The notes: generated from the letters alone by a model not told the origin. A stretch of 64,000 bases of DNA from a bacterium (GCA_021371935.1 JAJFVF010000012.1:177909-241908); one strand, 5' to 3'; shown: positions 1-9,747, counted from the stretch's first letter. Numbers and translations: made by a program.

Positions 1-2409
1 GCTATTGCAATCCCGACTTCCATCTTTGCGACATATATTCCTGTCAGCGCGTTCGGGTTCACTCAGAACCAGATGGTCATGCTGGCACTCTCGCTGGTGG
101 TAGGTATTTTGGTCGACGACTCCATCGTTATTTTGGAAAACATAGAACGTCACCTGCGCATGCGAGAGAAACCCAAAGATGCGGCACTCAACGGCCGTGC
201 TGAGATTGGCGGAGCGGCCGTCGCCATTACAATGGTCGATATAGTCGTCTTCCTGCCAATTGCATTTATGGGCGGCATCGTAGGTCAGTTCTTCAGACAG
301 TTTGGTGTCACGGTCGCGGTTGCAACGGCATTCTCGCTGTTTATGTCCTTTACTCTAACACCTATGCTTGCTTCAAGATGGATGAAGAGCGAGATGGACA
401 AGGAACGCGATGAAGAGGATATACTCCGTCGTGTGGAGCTTGGCAGTGCATCTTTCAAGGACAAGCTCGATGTTATGGCCGGTAAGCTCTTTAACATCCT
501 TGAAGGATTTCTGAAGGGTTTGGACCGCAAATATCTGGGCATTCTTGAATGGGCTTTACACAACAGGTTTTTGACCATTGTTATAGGTTTTGTGTCTCTT
601 TTGGTGGTATTTTCGATGGTTATGCCGCTGCCCAAAGCCTGGGCAGGAACTGCAGCCATGAAGACAATGGCGCCAAGGGTTATCATTGCCCTGATTGCCC
701 TGGGACTGGCAGCATTCGCAGCGGGTATAGACCGCAAAAGCAAGGGTATTGCACTCGGTTTTGGTATAGTTATGGCAGTTATTGCTCTGACGATATACCT
801 GCCGTTTGGCTTCGGTTTCTTCCCGAACGTCGACCAAGGTCAGTTCAGCGTCACCGTAAGGACCGCCCCAGGCACTTCGCTTGTGGCTACAGATAGAGTG
901 ATTCGGCAAGTGGAAAAAATACTGGCCGATATGCCGGAGATGAAAACTGTTCATTATAAGGTGTCGGATGCTCGCTGGTATAAGCCGACTACATGGTTTA
1001 GCCACCACACAGAGACTCAGAAGGGTTTCTACTTTGCTGCATCGGGAACCAGTGGCTCCGGCGCAACGGGAAGCAGCGACACCGGTCCTCAATATGGATT
1101 TGTTATGGGCAAGGTGGTAGACAAGAACCATCGCAGTCGCTCCATAGGGGCTATAGTCGAATATATCAATAAAAAAGCAGCGGACATACCCGGCGCCGAG
1201 CTTATAAGTGCTTCTATTTCAACAGGCGTATCCGGTCCGACAAACAACATCCAGAAAGAAGTTCAGGGTCAGTATATGGACGACATATTCAAAGAGGCCA
1301 ACCGTGTGGCGGCAGTTATGGAAAAAGTGCCCGGCGCGGTTGACGTCGATGTGTCATATAAACCCATTATGCCTGAGCGCCGGATCATTGTCGACAAACT
1401 CAAGGCATCAAAACTGGGGTTGAGCGTGTCAGAAATAGCTACTGCAGCGAGAACAGCCATAGATGGCAACGATGATGTCAAACTGCGAGATTCAGGCACT
1501 GAATACCCTATCCGCGTACACTACGTTCAATCGGAAAGAAACAAGACATCCGATGTAGACAACCTGATTGTTGCCACAAAAGATGGAGCACCCATCTATT
1601 TGCGTGATGTCGCCGACGTCAAATATGACCACGCGCCGACAAAGATCACACGCAAAAACAGACAGAGGGTAATATACGTAACCGCAAACATTGCACAGGG
1701 CTCCGAAATGGGCAATGTCAACCAGGCTATCGATATGGCTCTAAAAAAGGCGCCACTGGTTCCCGGCACATCAATAGGCACCGGTGGTTCCACTAAGATG
1801 ATGACTGAGAGCTTTGGATATATGATCTCAGCACTCTTGCTGGCTATAGTGCTGGTATATATGTTGATGGGAGCGCTCTTTGAGTCATTCTTGACGCCGT
1901 TTGTAATTATGTTCAGTCTCCCGCAGGCTATGATCGGAGCGCTTCTGGCTCTGCTGCTCACTGGTAAATCTATGAGCATCGTATCAATGATCGGTATCAT
2001 AATGTTGATGGGCTTGGTCACCAAAAACGCTATTCTGCTCGTTGACTATACAAACACTGTACGCAGCCGCGGAAAAAACAGACACGAAGCACTTCTGGAA
2101 GCAGGTCCGACCAGGCTCAGACCTATCCTGATGACCACCCTTGCCATGATCGGCGGTATGACACCGACGGCTCTGGCTTTGAGTCAAGGTTCGGAGACAC
2201 GTTCTCCAATGGCAATTGCGGTTATTGGAGGATTAATCGTCTCCACACTACTTACACTGATCGTCATACCAGTTGTCTACACAGTGGTTGATGACTCATG
2301 GCAGGGGCTGCTTAAGATAATCGCTCCAAAGTCTCATAAGAAAGAACATGCAGCAGATACCGGCGAACTCGATCTTGAGCCTGTCGGGGTCGGCAGCGAC
2401 GAGCAGTAA
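1..2409 (+). CDS. AcrB/AcrD/AcrF-family RND efflux permease, 5' partial
   Basis: The frame is open from base 1 (AIAIPTSIFAT...). TM4 GILVDDSIVILENI, TM10 GLVTKNAILLVDY and TM11 RLRPILMTTLA carry the proton-relay motifs. Confidence 0.95.
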   Translation, partial: AIAIPTSIFATYIPVSAFGFTQNQMVMLALSLVVGILVDDSIVILENIERHLRMREKPKDAALNGRAEIGGAAVAITMVDIVVFLPIAFMGGIVGQFFRQFGVTVAVATAFSLFMSFTLTPMLASRWMKSEMDKERDEEDILRRVELGSASFKDKLDVMAGKLFNILEGFLKGLDRKYLGILEWALHNRFLTIVIGFVSLLVVFSMVMPLPKAWAGTAAMKTMAPRVIIALIALGLAAFAAGIDRKSKGIALGFGIVMAVIALTIYLPFGFGFFPNVDQGQFSVTVRTAPGTSLVATDRVIRQVEKILADMPEMKTVHYKVSDARWYKPTTWFSHHTETQKGFYFAASGTSGSGATGSSDTGPQYGFVMGKVVDKNHRSRSIGAIVEYINKKAADIPGAELISASISTGVSGPTNNIQKEVQGQYMDDIFKEANRVAAVMEKVPGAVDVDVSYKPIMPERRIIVDKLKASKLGLSVSEIATAARTAIDGNDDVKLRDSGTEYPIRVHYVQSERNKTSDVDNLIVATKDGAPIYLRDVADVKYDHAPTKITRKNRQRVIYVTANIAQGSEMGNVNQAIDMALKKAPLVPGTSIGTGGSTKMMTESFGYMISALLLAIVLVYMLMGALFESFLTPFVIMFSLPQAMIGALLALLLTGKSMSIVSMIGIIMLMGLVTKNAILLVDYTNTVRSRGKNRHEALLEAGPTRLRPILMTTLAMIGGMTPTALALSQGSETRSPMAIAVIGGLIVSTLLTLIVIPVVYTVVDDSWQGLLKIIAPKSHKKEHAADTGELDLEPVGVGSDEQ

Positions 2410-2437
2410 ATTAGTATGGTCCATGGTTGCTGGAGTC

Positions 2438-2698
2438 TCATTTCTCAAAGTGTAATAAGGGTTTTGAGATTTCAGCAACTCCAGGACTGCTGTATTCCAG
2501 GCTGTCTAGCAGACCAAGCGATCCGGCTCGTTTGAGCGCCTGTACACGGTTCGAGACATGCAGCTTGGTATACAGGTTTGCCATATGAAATTCTACAGTC
2601 CTTCTGCTGCAAAAGAGCATGTCGGCAATCTGTCGGGCAGACATACCTTCGCCGGCCAGATACAAAATCTCTGATTCGCGCTTTGTTAGATATGGCAT
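2438..2698 (-). CDS. Stand-alone LuxR-type HTH transcriptional regulator
   Basis: LTKRESEIL...GMSARQIADMLFCSRRTVEFHMANLYTKLHVSNRVQA matches the LuxR C-terminal HTH pattern; there is no receiver domain. Confidence 0.9.
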   Translation of the reverse strand: MPYLTKRESEILYLAGEGMSARQIADMLFCSRRTVEFHMANLYTKLHVSNRVQALKRAGSLGLLDSLEYSSPGVAEISKPLLHFEK

Positions 2699-2919
2699 AA
2701 CTACCTCACTCCTGTCTCATCATATTGCACCGACCGTATGTCTTGATGAGATTATACCCATAGTTGAGTCCGTTACACATACGTTTGAAGTTTTTTTGTC
2801 TGGAGGCGAGGTTGCACTAATACTGCACATCGTGATATAAAATAGGTAGTATAAGCTGTTCAAATCGAGCGCTTGGGTAAACCCGGCGCGCTTTTTTGCG
2901 CCTTGCCAAGGTGGTTAAT

Positions 2920-4701
2920 ATGCAAAATGTCGCAACAAATAAGAAAATTCTTTCTGGAAATGAAGCAATAGCTCACGGAGCATATGCGGGCGGAGTCGGA
3001 GTTGCATCGGCCTATCCCGGCACTCCCAGCACTGAAATTCTTGAGAACGTGAGCAAGTTCGAAGAAATTTACTGTGAATGGGCAGTCAACGAAAAAGTCG
3101 GGATGGAAGTTGTGATAGGCGCATCCTTTGCCGGTGCCAGGTCACTGACTGCAATGAAACATGTAGGTCTAAATGTGGCGATGGACCCGCTTATGACATT
3201 TGCCTACCTCGGGGCCAACGGCGGCATGGTTGTAGTCACTGCCGATGACCCGGGTATGCACTCTTCGCAAAACGAGCAGGATAATCGCAACATCGCAAAG
3301 TTCGCGAAGATACCAATGTTGGAGCCGTCAGACAGCCAGGACTGCTATGATATGGTCCAGGCTGCCCTTGACATATCGGAGCAGTTCAAGACACCCGTTT
3401 TGATACGCTCGACAACCCGTGTTTCTCACTCGTCCGGTGTGGTAGACCTCGGCGCTTTCGATAGAAAGCCGCATGGCGGTCTTAAGTATGAAAAGGACAT
3501 CTCGCGGACTATGCCGGTGCCTCTCTTTGCGCGAAAGATGAGAGTTGCGCTTGAAGAGAAGCTCAATGCTCTTGCCGAGTATTCCGAGAAGAGTAAATTC
3601 CAGAGACTCGAACGCGGCGATAATAAGATAGGCATCATTACCTCCGGGATAGGATATCAGTATGTACGTGATGCGTTTCCTGATGCATCAATTCTGAAGC
3701 TCGGTATGACATTCCCGATCCCAAAGCCGCTCATTGGCGATTTTGCCGCATCGGTTGAGAAACTATATGTCGTGGAAGAGGGCGACCCATATCTGGAGGA
3801 ACAAATCCTTGCGATGGGAATCAAGGTCGAGCAGCCGAAGGTCAGCCTCAGGATCGGTGAACTGAACCCCGACAGGCTTAAGGCTCTTGCTGCGGAAGCA
3901 TATGGAAAACAGCCGATAAAACCTGCCGAAGCCATCGGTGATCTTCCTGCGCGTCCGCCGGTGCTCTGCCCCGGATGTTCTCACAGAGGCGTGTTCTATG
4001 CTCTAAATAAACTAAAAGCACTCGTGACGGGTGATATAGGCTGCTACAGCCTCGGCGCTTTTGCTCCGCTTTCGGCGATGGACACAACCGTGTGCATGGG
4101 CGCGAGCGTGGGCAATGCTCATGGACTGCAAAAAGCCCGCCAGCAAGGTAGAATCGCTGCAGTGCTTGGAGACAGCACATTCTTCCATTCCGGCATCACC
4201 GGCCTGCTCAATGTGGTCTATAATCGCGGCACCAGCACGGTTGTGGTGCTCGACAACCGCACTACGGCTATGACCGGTCACCAGGACAATCCAGGCACCG
4301 GACGCACTCTTATGGGCGATGAAACGACCGAGACCAGCATTGAGGCTGTCGCAAGGGGTATCGGGGTCAAGCGTGTAAAAACAATCGACCCATACGATCT
4401 TGAAGAAACCTATAATGTGCTCAAAGAGGAACTCGACGCAGATGAATCATCTGTCATTATCAGCAAGCGTCCATGTATTCTCGGCGCAAAGATAAAGACA
4501 GTCAGGCAGTTTAGTGTTGACCCGCAGGCATGCAAAGCGTGCGGGGCCTGCTTGAAATTGGGATGTCCGGCAATAGAACTTGCCGATCCTGAAAATATTG
4601 AATCGAAACGCAAGGCTCGAATAAATCCGGTATTGTGTGTAGGCTGCGGATTATGTGCGCAGGTTTGTAAGTTTGATGCAATAAAGGAGGTCACACTCTA
4701 A
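2920..4701 (+). CDS. iorA: Indolepyruvate ferredoxin oxidoreductase alpha subunit
   Basis: SGNEAIAHGA, AYPGTPSTEI, RPPVLCPGCSHR, TPP motif GDSTFFHSG...DN and two C-terminal 4Fe-4S motifs. ATG 2920 follows AAGGTGG (the ORF track starts at TTG 2896). Confidence 0.93.
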   Translation: MQNVATNKKILSGNEAIAHGAYAGGVGVASAYPGTPSTEILENVSKFEEIYCEWAVNEKVGMEVVIGASFAGARSLTAMKHVGLNVAMDPLMTFAYLGANGGMVVVTADDPGMHSSQNEQDNRNIAKFAKIPMLEPSDSQDCYDMVQAALDISEQFKTPVLIRSTTRVSHSSGVVDLGAFDRKPHGGLKYEKDISRTMPVPLFARKMRVALEEKLNALAEYSEKSKFQRLERGDNKIGIITSGIGYQYVRDAFPDASILKLGMTFPIPKPLIGDFAASVEKLYVVEEGDPYLEEQILAMGIKVEQPKVSLRIGELNPDRLKALAAEAYGKQPIKPAEAIGDLPARPPVLCPGCSHRGVFYALNKLKALVTGDIGCYSLGAFAPLSAMDTTVCMGASVGNAHGLQKARQQGRIAAVLGDSTFFHSGITGLLNVVYNRGTSTVVVLDNRTTAMTGHQDNPGTGRTLMGDETTETSIEAVARGIGVKRVKTIDPYDLEETYNVLKEELDADESSVIISKRPCILGAKIKTVRQFSVDPQACKACGACLKLGCPAIELADPENIESKRKARINPVLCVGCGLCAQVCKFDAIKEVTL

Positions 4702-5288
4702 TGGGAGACATCCTGAACATATCCCTTGTCGGCGTAGGCGGACAGGGAACACTGCTGGCGAGCAATATTCTTTGCCAGGTCGCGCTGCTTACCGGCAAAG
4801 ATGTCAAGAAAAATGAGGTTCATGGCATGGCACAGCGAGGTGGGAGCGTCGTCAGCCAGGTGAGAGTAGGCACAAGTGTTCACTCACCAATGATCGCTGT
4901 CGGCGAGACCGATATTCTGCTCTCATTTGAAAAAGTGGAAGCGCTGCGCTTTGCTCACTATCTTTCGCCTGACGGCATAGCGCTGGTCAACGATCAGGAG
5001 ATACGACCGGTGACCGTCTCAAGCGGACAGTCTCAATGGCCGGATGACCTGGACGGCAAGCTCAAATCCACTTTTTCAAAGTTGGAGCTAATTCCGGCTC
5101 TGGATATTGCGCGCAGTCTGGGTAATATCCGCGCTGTAAACGTCGTAATGATCGGGGCTTTGGCCAATCACACCGATATCTCGGATGATATCTGGCGAGA
5201 GTCTATCAGGCAGCTCGTGAAGCCGAAATTCCTGGATTTGAACCTGAATGCATATGACGCAGGTCGAAGTGCAATCTCTTGCAAATAG
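4701..5288 (+). CDS. iorB: Indolepyruvate ferredoxin oxidoreductase beta subunit
   Basis: GVGGQGTLLAS and EVHGMAQRGGSV; start overlaps the iorA stop. Confidence 0.93.
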   Translation: MGDILNISLVGVGGQGTLLASNILCQVALLTGKDVKKNEVHGMAQRGGSVVSQVRVGTSVHSPMIAVGETDILLSFEKVEALRFAHYLSPDGIALVNDQEIRPVTVSSGQSQWPDDLDGKLKSTFSKLELIPALDIARSLGNIRAVNVVMIGALANHTDISDDIWRESIRQLVKPKFLDLNLNAYDAGRSAISCK

Positions 5289-5314
5289 ATACCTGTCAGT
5301 GTCAAGGGAAATTT

Positions 5315-5350
5315 CAGCCGTCGACTATAACGCTCGACGGCTGTTTGATT
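5315..5350 (+). terminator. Putative intrinsic terminator after iorB
   Basis: Perfect 10-bp stem CAGCCGTCGA/TCGACGGCTG with a 9-nt loop, followed by TTTGATT. Confidence 0.6.
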
Positions 5351-5467
5351 TCATCCCAGAAGTGGGCCGACCTGACAAGTCGGGTGGGATCTTGGGATGC
5401 ATGTCCTCGGTAGCCCCGGATGCTCTCCAGCACGCCTGAAACGTCGGGCCAATTCAATCAGACGGCC
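5339..5467 (+). ncRNA. Candidate rod-like structured RNA, family not identified
   Basis: 5339-5350 pairs fully with 5456-5467 (two G-U pairs that only work on the + strand). 5359-5371 pairs 11/13 with 5443-5455. There is an apical hairpin around 5399-5423. Confidence 0.4.
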
Positions 5468-5670
5468 TTACAGCAGCCAACCGCTTTATTCCCCGCATTC
5501 GTCTATATGACGCCTCAAGAATGAAAAGAAATCGGCAAAAAGTTTGCAGCAGGTGAGTCAGTTTCTCAATTGTTTGAAAGATTGTTAGTCATGACAAAAC
5601 CAGGGTAAAACAACGCTGATTAACAAAAACATCCGGGATTTTACCTGGGAAGATAAAATCGGTGAGGCTT

Positions 5671-7581
5671 ATGGATACAAGGGTTGAGCGATTACTAGAC
5701 TACCATTCTACTTCCTCCACAGCACTTAACTCCGCTGTTGGTAAGGCGATCGACTACCTGATTGGCACCCAGCACAAGGATGGATGCTGGGTAGGCGAAC
5801 TTGAAGGCGACACTATCCTGGAGTCCGAATACATAATACTTATGCGATTTCTCGGGCGCGGTGACGAAGTCAAGCTCAAAAAGGCGGCAGCATATATTTG
5901 CGAAAAACAGATGGAGTGCGGCGGGTGGTCTCTTTTTCCCGGCGGACCAGTGGACATATCTTCTTCGGTCAAAGCATACTTTGCACTCAAACTGACCGGC
6001 GCCACAGGTGAAGAAGAATATATGCTCAAGGCTCGTGAAGCAATTGAGAATGCAGGCGGCGTGTATGCAACCAACAGCTACACTCGTTTCTATCTTGCAA
6101 TGATGGGCCAGATACCCTGGAATGACGTCCCTGCCGTCCCTGCAGAGCTGATGCTTTTGCCGAACCGGTTCTACTTCAACATATATGAAATCTCATCCTG
6201 GTCGAGAACATTCGTGGTGCCGCTGACCATAATCTGGGCACGCAAACTCACTGCCCACATCGACCACTCGCGCGGAATGCATGAACTGATAAAGCCTGAG
6301 CACAAAAAACGCAAACTGCAGAAGGGCGGTCTCTTCACATGGAGACGCTTCTTCTACACCGTTGACAGCGCTATAAAAATTGCAGAAAAGATAGGCTTTC
6401 TGCCATGGCGAGAAAAAGGCGTAAGACTGGCAGAGCAATGGATGCTCGATCATCTGGACCACAGCGCTGGGCTTGGAGCCATATATCCCCCTATTGTCTA
6501 TTCGCTCATATCTTTGCGGGCGTTGGGATATGAAGACTCGCACCCCCAGGTCGAGCGCGCAATGGAAGAACTGCGCAGGCTTGAGATCGAGGAAGACAAT
6601 ACACTGCGGCTGCAGCCATGCTCGTCACCTGTATGGGACAGCGCCATAGCTATCAATGCGCTTGTCGACGCAGGAGTTGAACCGGATCATCCGGCAATCA
6701 AGAGAGCAGCCGAATGGATATTATCAAAAGAGGTGAAGCTGAAGGGAGACTGGCAGGTCAAGCGTCCTGATCTGGTACCGGGCGGATGGTATTTTGAGTT
6801 TGCCAATGAGTATTATCCCGATATAGACGACACAGCCATGGTGCTTATAGCATTGAAAAAACTTGGTGACATCGACGGTATGGATGGCGCAATCCGTCGT
6901 GGTCTATCTTGGCTGCTGGGCATGCAAGGCAAAGACGGCGGATGGGCTTCTTTTGATGTGGACAATAACAAGAGAGTCTTCAACAGCATTCCTTTTGCTG
7001 ACCACAACGCCATGCTTGACCCATCCACCAGCGATATCACTGCTCGTATCATTGAGATGCTTTCCTTTTACGGCTTTGATAAAGACAGCCCAATAGTAAG
7101 CAGAGCCATCGACTTTCTTCGCCATGAGCAGGAGTCGGACGGCTCATGGTACGGCCGCTGGGGCGTAAATTATATTTACGGCACCTGGCAGGCAATAAGA
7201 GGGCTTACCAGAACAGGTATAGATCCTCACGACTATATGATCAGCCGGGCAGCCGACTGGCTCGAAAGCGTCCAGCATGAAGACGGCGGCTGGGGCGAGA
7301 CATGTTTCTCATACTATGACCCATCATTCAAGAATCAGGGAGAAAGCACGGCTTCACAGACCGCGTGGGCTTTGATGGGTCTGATATGCGCCGGCAGAAC
7401 CGACAAGGAAGCAGTGCAAAGAGGTGTTGACTATCTGATCCGAACACAGAACGAGCAGGGCACCTGGGACGAAAAGCCTTTCACCGGTGCGGGGTTTCCA
7501 AAGGTGTTCTATTTGCGATATCACCTCTATCGGCACTCATTCCCGCTGATGGCTTTGGGTATGTACAAGTCTGCGAAATGA
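5671..7581 (+). CDS. shc: Squalene-hopene cyclase
   Basis: Catalytic DXDD in YPDIDDTAMV; QW repeats (QESDGSWYGRWGVNYIYGTW, QHEDGGWGE, QNEQGTW); GAGFPKVFYLRY C-terminus. ATG 5671 follows GTGAGG. Confidence 0.96.
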   Translation: MDTRVERLLDYHSTSSTALNSAVGKAIDYLIGTQHKDGCWVGELEGDTILESEYIILMRFLGRGDEVKLKKAAAYICEKQMECGGWSLFPGGPVDISSSVKAYFALKLTGATGEEEYMLKAREAIENAGGVYATNSYTRFYLAMMGQIPWNDVPAVPAELMLLPNRFYFNIYEISSWSRTFVVPLTIIWARKLTAHIDHSRGMHELIKPEHKKRKLQKGGLFTWRRFFYTVDSAIKIAEKIGFLPWREKGVRLAEQWMLDHLDHSAGLGAIYPPIVYSLISLRALGYEDSHPQVERAMEELRRLEIEEDNTLRLQPCSSPVWDSAIAINALVDAGVEPDHPAIKRAAEWILSKEVKLKGDWQVKRPDLVPGGWYFEFANEYYPDIDDTAMVLIALKKLGDIDGMDGAIRRGLSWLLGMQGKDGGWASFDVDNNKRVFNSIPFADHNAMLDPSTSDITARIIEMLSFYGFDKDSPIVSRAIDFLRHEQESDGSWYGRWGVNYIYGTWQAIRGLTRTGIDPHDYMISRAADWLESVQHEDGGWGETCFSYYDPSFKNQGESTASQTAWALMGLICAGRTDKEAVQRGVDYLIRTQNEQGTWDEKPFTGAGFPKVFYLRYHLYRHSFPLMALGMYKSAK

Positions 7582-7688
7582 TTTTTTCTCACTAAATTAC
7601 GAAAGAGTAAAAACACGAGATTTAGATGATTCTCTTTTCGGATCTCGTGCTTTCGTGGTTAATACCTTGTTCTTGGAGATTGAAGCTT

Positions 7689-8699
7689 ATGAGATTTCCA
7701 ATCGGGCTGTCGACTTCACTGGCAGCATATATTATTCGCAAGCGCCTGATGCGCGAAAAGTTCATACCCCTCGTTTTGATGCTTGAACCGCTGTTTGCAT
7801 GCAATCTGACATGCTCGACTTGTGGGCGAATCCGTGAGTATAAGGGGCTTGCATCAGAGATGATGAGCCTGGATGAATGTCTGGGGTCGGCAGACGAATG
7901 CCCGGCGCCAATAGTATCCATATGCGGCGGTGAACCGCTTATATATCCGCGAATAGTCGATCTTGTAGGGTCATTGATGGATATGGGCAAATATATCTAC
8001 CTGTGCACAAATGGAGTGCGGCTGGCTTCGGTAATCGGCAGCCTGCGTCCATCACGGCGGCTGCAGATAAATGTGCACATTGATGGTCCACCCGATGTGC
8101 ATGACCATATCGTCGAGAAAGAAGGCGCATTTGAAGAGGCATTTAAGGGAATATTAGAAGCGTCACACAGGGGTTTTCAGGTCACTGTAAACACTACAGT
8201 TTGCAGGCAGACCGATATGAGCCAGATAAACTTGCTGATGGACAAACTCGCTCGCGCCGGGGTCAGCACATTTATGCTCTCTCCGGCATATTCCTATGAT
8301 TCGGTGGAATCTCAAGAACAATTTATGGACCGCAGTGCCGTTCATGAGAAATTCAAAGATATCGACTATCTGGCCTCTCGCCACCGCCTTGCTGACTCCC
8401 CGATTTACTTGGAATATCTGAAAGGCCACCGCGAGCTTGAGTGCACTGCCTGGGGCAACCCAACCCGCAATATTGCTGGATGGCGTTCACCGTGTTATCT
8501 TGTTGCAGATCAGCACTTCTCGCACTATAAGGACCTTATCGAAAAAACCGACTGGGACTCATATGGAGTCGGCAGGGACCCGCGCTGCAAGAATTGCATG
8601 GTTCACTGTGGTTTCGAGCCTACCGCAGCCCTTATGATCAACAGACAGCCGGGAGATTTGTGGAAAATGGCCAAATGGAGCCTTGGATTTAATATTTAG
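7689..8699 (+). CDS. hpnH: Hopanoid biosynthesis radical SAM protein (adenosylhopane synthase)
   Basis: LMLEPLFACNLTCSTCG (CxxxCxxC), CTAWGNPTRNIAGWRSPCYL and DPRCKNCMVHCGFEPTA; lies directly after shc. Confidence 0.92.
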   Translation: MRFPIGLSTSLAAYIIRKRLMREKFIPLVLMLEPLFACNLTCSTCGRIREYKGLASEMMSLDECLGSADECPAPIVSICGGEPLIYPRIVDLVGSLMDMGKYIYLCTNGVRLASVIGSLRPSRRLQINVHIDGPPDVHDHIVEKEGAFEEAFKGILEASHRGFQVTVNTTVCRQTDMSQINLLMDKLARAGVSTFMLSPAYSYDSVESQEQFMDRSAVHEKFKDIDYLASRHRLADSPIYLEYLKGHRELECTAWGNPTRNIAGWRSPCYLVADQHFSHYKDLIEKTDWDSYGVGRDPRCKNCMVHCGFEPTAALMINRQPGDLWKMAKWSLGFNI

Positions 8700-8730
8700 T
8701 ATTTGGGATTGAGTATTTGGCTGGGAGCGT

Positions 8731-9726
8731 ATGAAAAGAGTATTTGTGACAGGTGGGACAGGATTTATAGGCGCGCATGTGATCAGAAAACTGATCGAGC
8801 GCGGCAATCGCGTTATCGCACTTGTCAGGCCATATGGCAACCCGACACTGCTCAAGGGTCTTGACGTAGAAAAGTATGTGGGTGACATCACAGACTTCGA
8901 TTCAGTCTATGCGGCGACGGCCGGAGCAGACGAAGTATATCATATTGCAGCAGACTATCGGTTGTGGGCGCCGGACCCACGTGAGATTTATTACAACAAC
9001 CTCGGCGGCACGCTCAATGTATTGGAAGCGGCGCTACGCAGAGGAGTGGGCAGAGTCGTCTACACCAGTACGGTCGGATGCCTTGGAGTTCCAAAAGATG
9101 GCTCACAAGGAGATGAAGATACACCGGTCACTCGCGAAGAGCTTGTTGGTCATTACAAAAAGTCCAAGTATGACGCTGAACGAGTTGCCCTTGAATATGC
9201 GGGCAAAGGGCTGAACATAGTGATCGTAAACCCGAGCACTCCTGTCGGCCCTGGTGATGTGAAACCGACACCTACCGGCAAGATGATCCTTGACTTTATG
9301 AAGGGTAAGATGAGGGCATATGTGGATACCGGCCTGAACATTATATCCGTCGATGATGTCGCTGAAGGTCACCTTCTGGCTGCTGAAAAAGGCGTCACTG
9401 GAAGAAAATATATACTGGGCAATAGAAATCTTACCCTCAAACAGATTTTCGATATCCTCGCCGATGTCACTGATCGCACGCCTCCATCCATGCACATACC
9501 ACATTGGGTCGCACTAACCGCCGCTGTCTGCAATACTGCTTATTGCGGGATGCTCGGCAGAGCTCCCGATATACCCATAGAAGGAGCGCTGATGGCACGC
9601 AAGAGGATGTTTTTCTCATCAAACCGTGCCGCCGCAGAACTCGGGCTCCCACAAAACCCGGTTGAGGATGCACTGGCCGCATCAGTCGAGTGGTTTTCGA
9701 CTCATGGCTATATGGAAAAGCCTTAG
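8731..9726 (+). CDS. hpnA: Hopanoid-associated NAD-dependent epimerase/dehydratase
   Basis: VTGGTGFIG, HIAADYRLW, YKKSK (YxxxK) and GPGDVKPTPTG; located in the shc cluster. Confidence 0.88.
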   Translation: MKRVFVTGGTGFIGAHVIRKLIERGNRVIALVRPYGNPTLLKGLDVEKYVGDITDFDSVYAATAGADEVYHIAADYRLWAPDPREIYYNNLGGTLNVLEAALRRGVGRVVYTSTVGCLGVPKDGSQGDEDTPVTREELVGHYKKSKYDAERVALEYAGKGLNIVIVNPSTPVGPGDVKPTPTGKMILDFMKGKMRAYVDTGLNIISVDDVAEGHLLAAEKGVTGRKYILGNRNLTLKQIFDILADVTDRTPPSMHIPHWVALTAAVCNTAYCGMLGRAPDIPIEGALMARKRMFFSSNRAAAELGLPQNPVEDALAASVEWFSTHGYMEKP

Positions 9727-9747
9727 CATACTCCCAACGAAAAATCT

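Noticed and set aside
5380-5445. Glycine-riboswitch-like TTTCAGG...CTGGAGAG on the minus strand
   Set aside because: The aptamer cores are incomplete, the orientation is away from any suitable gene, and G-U pairs favour the + strand.
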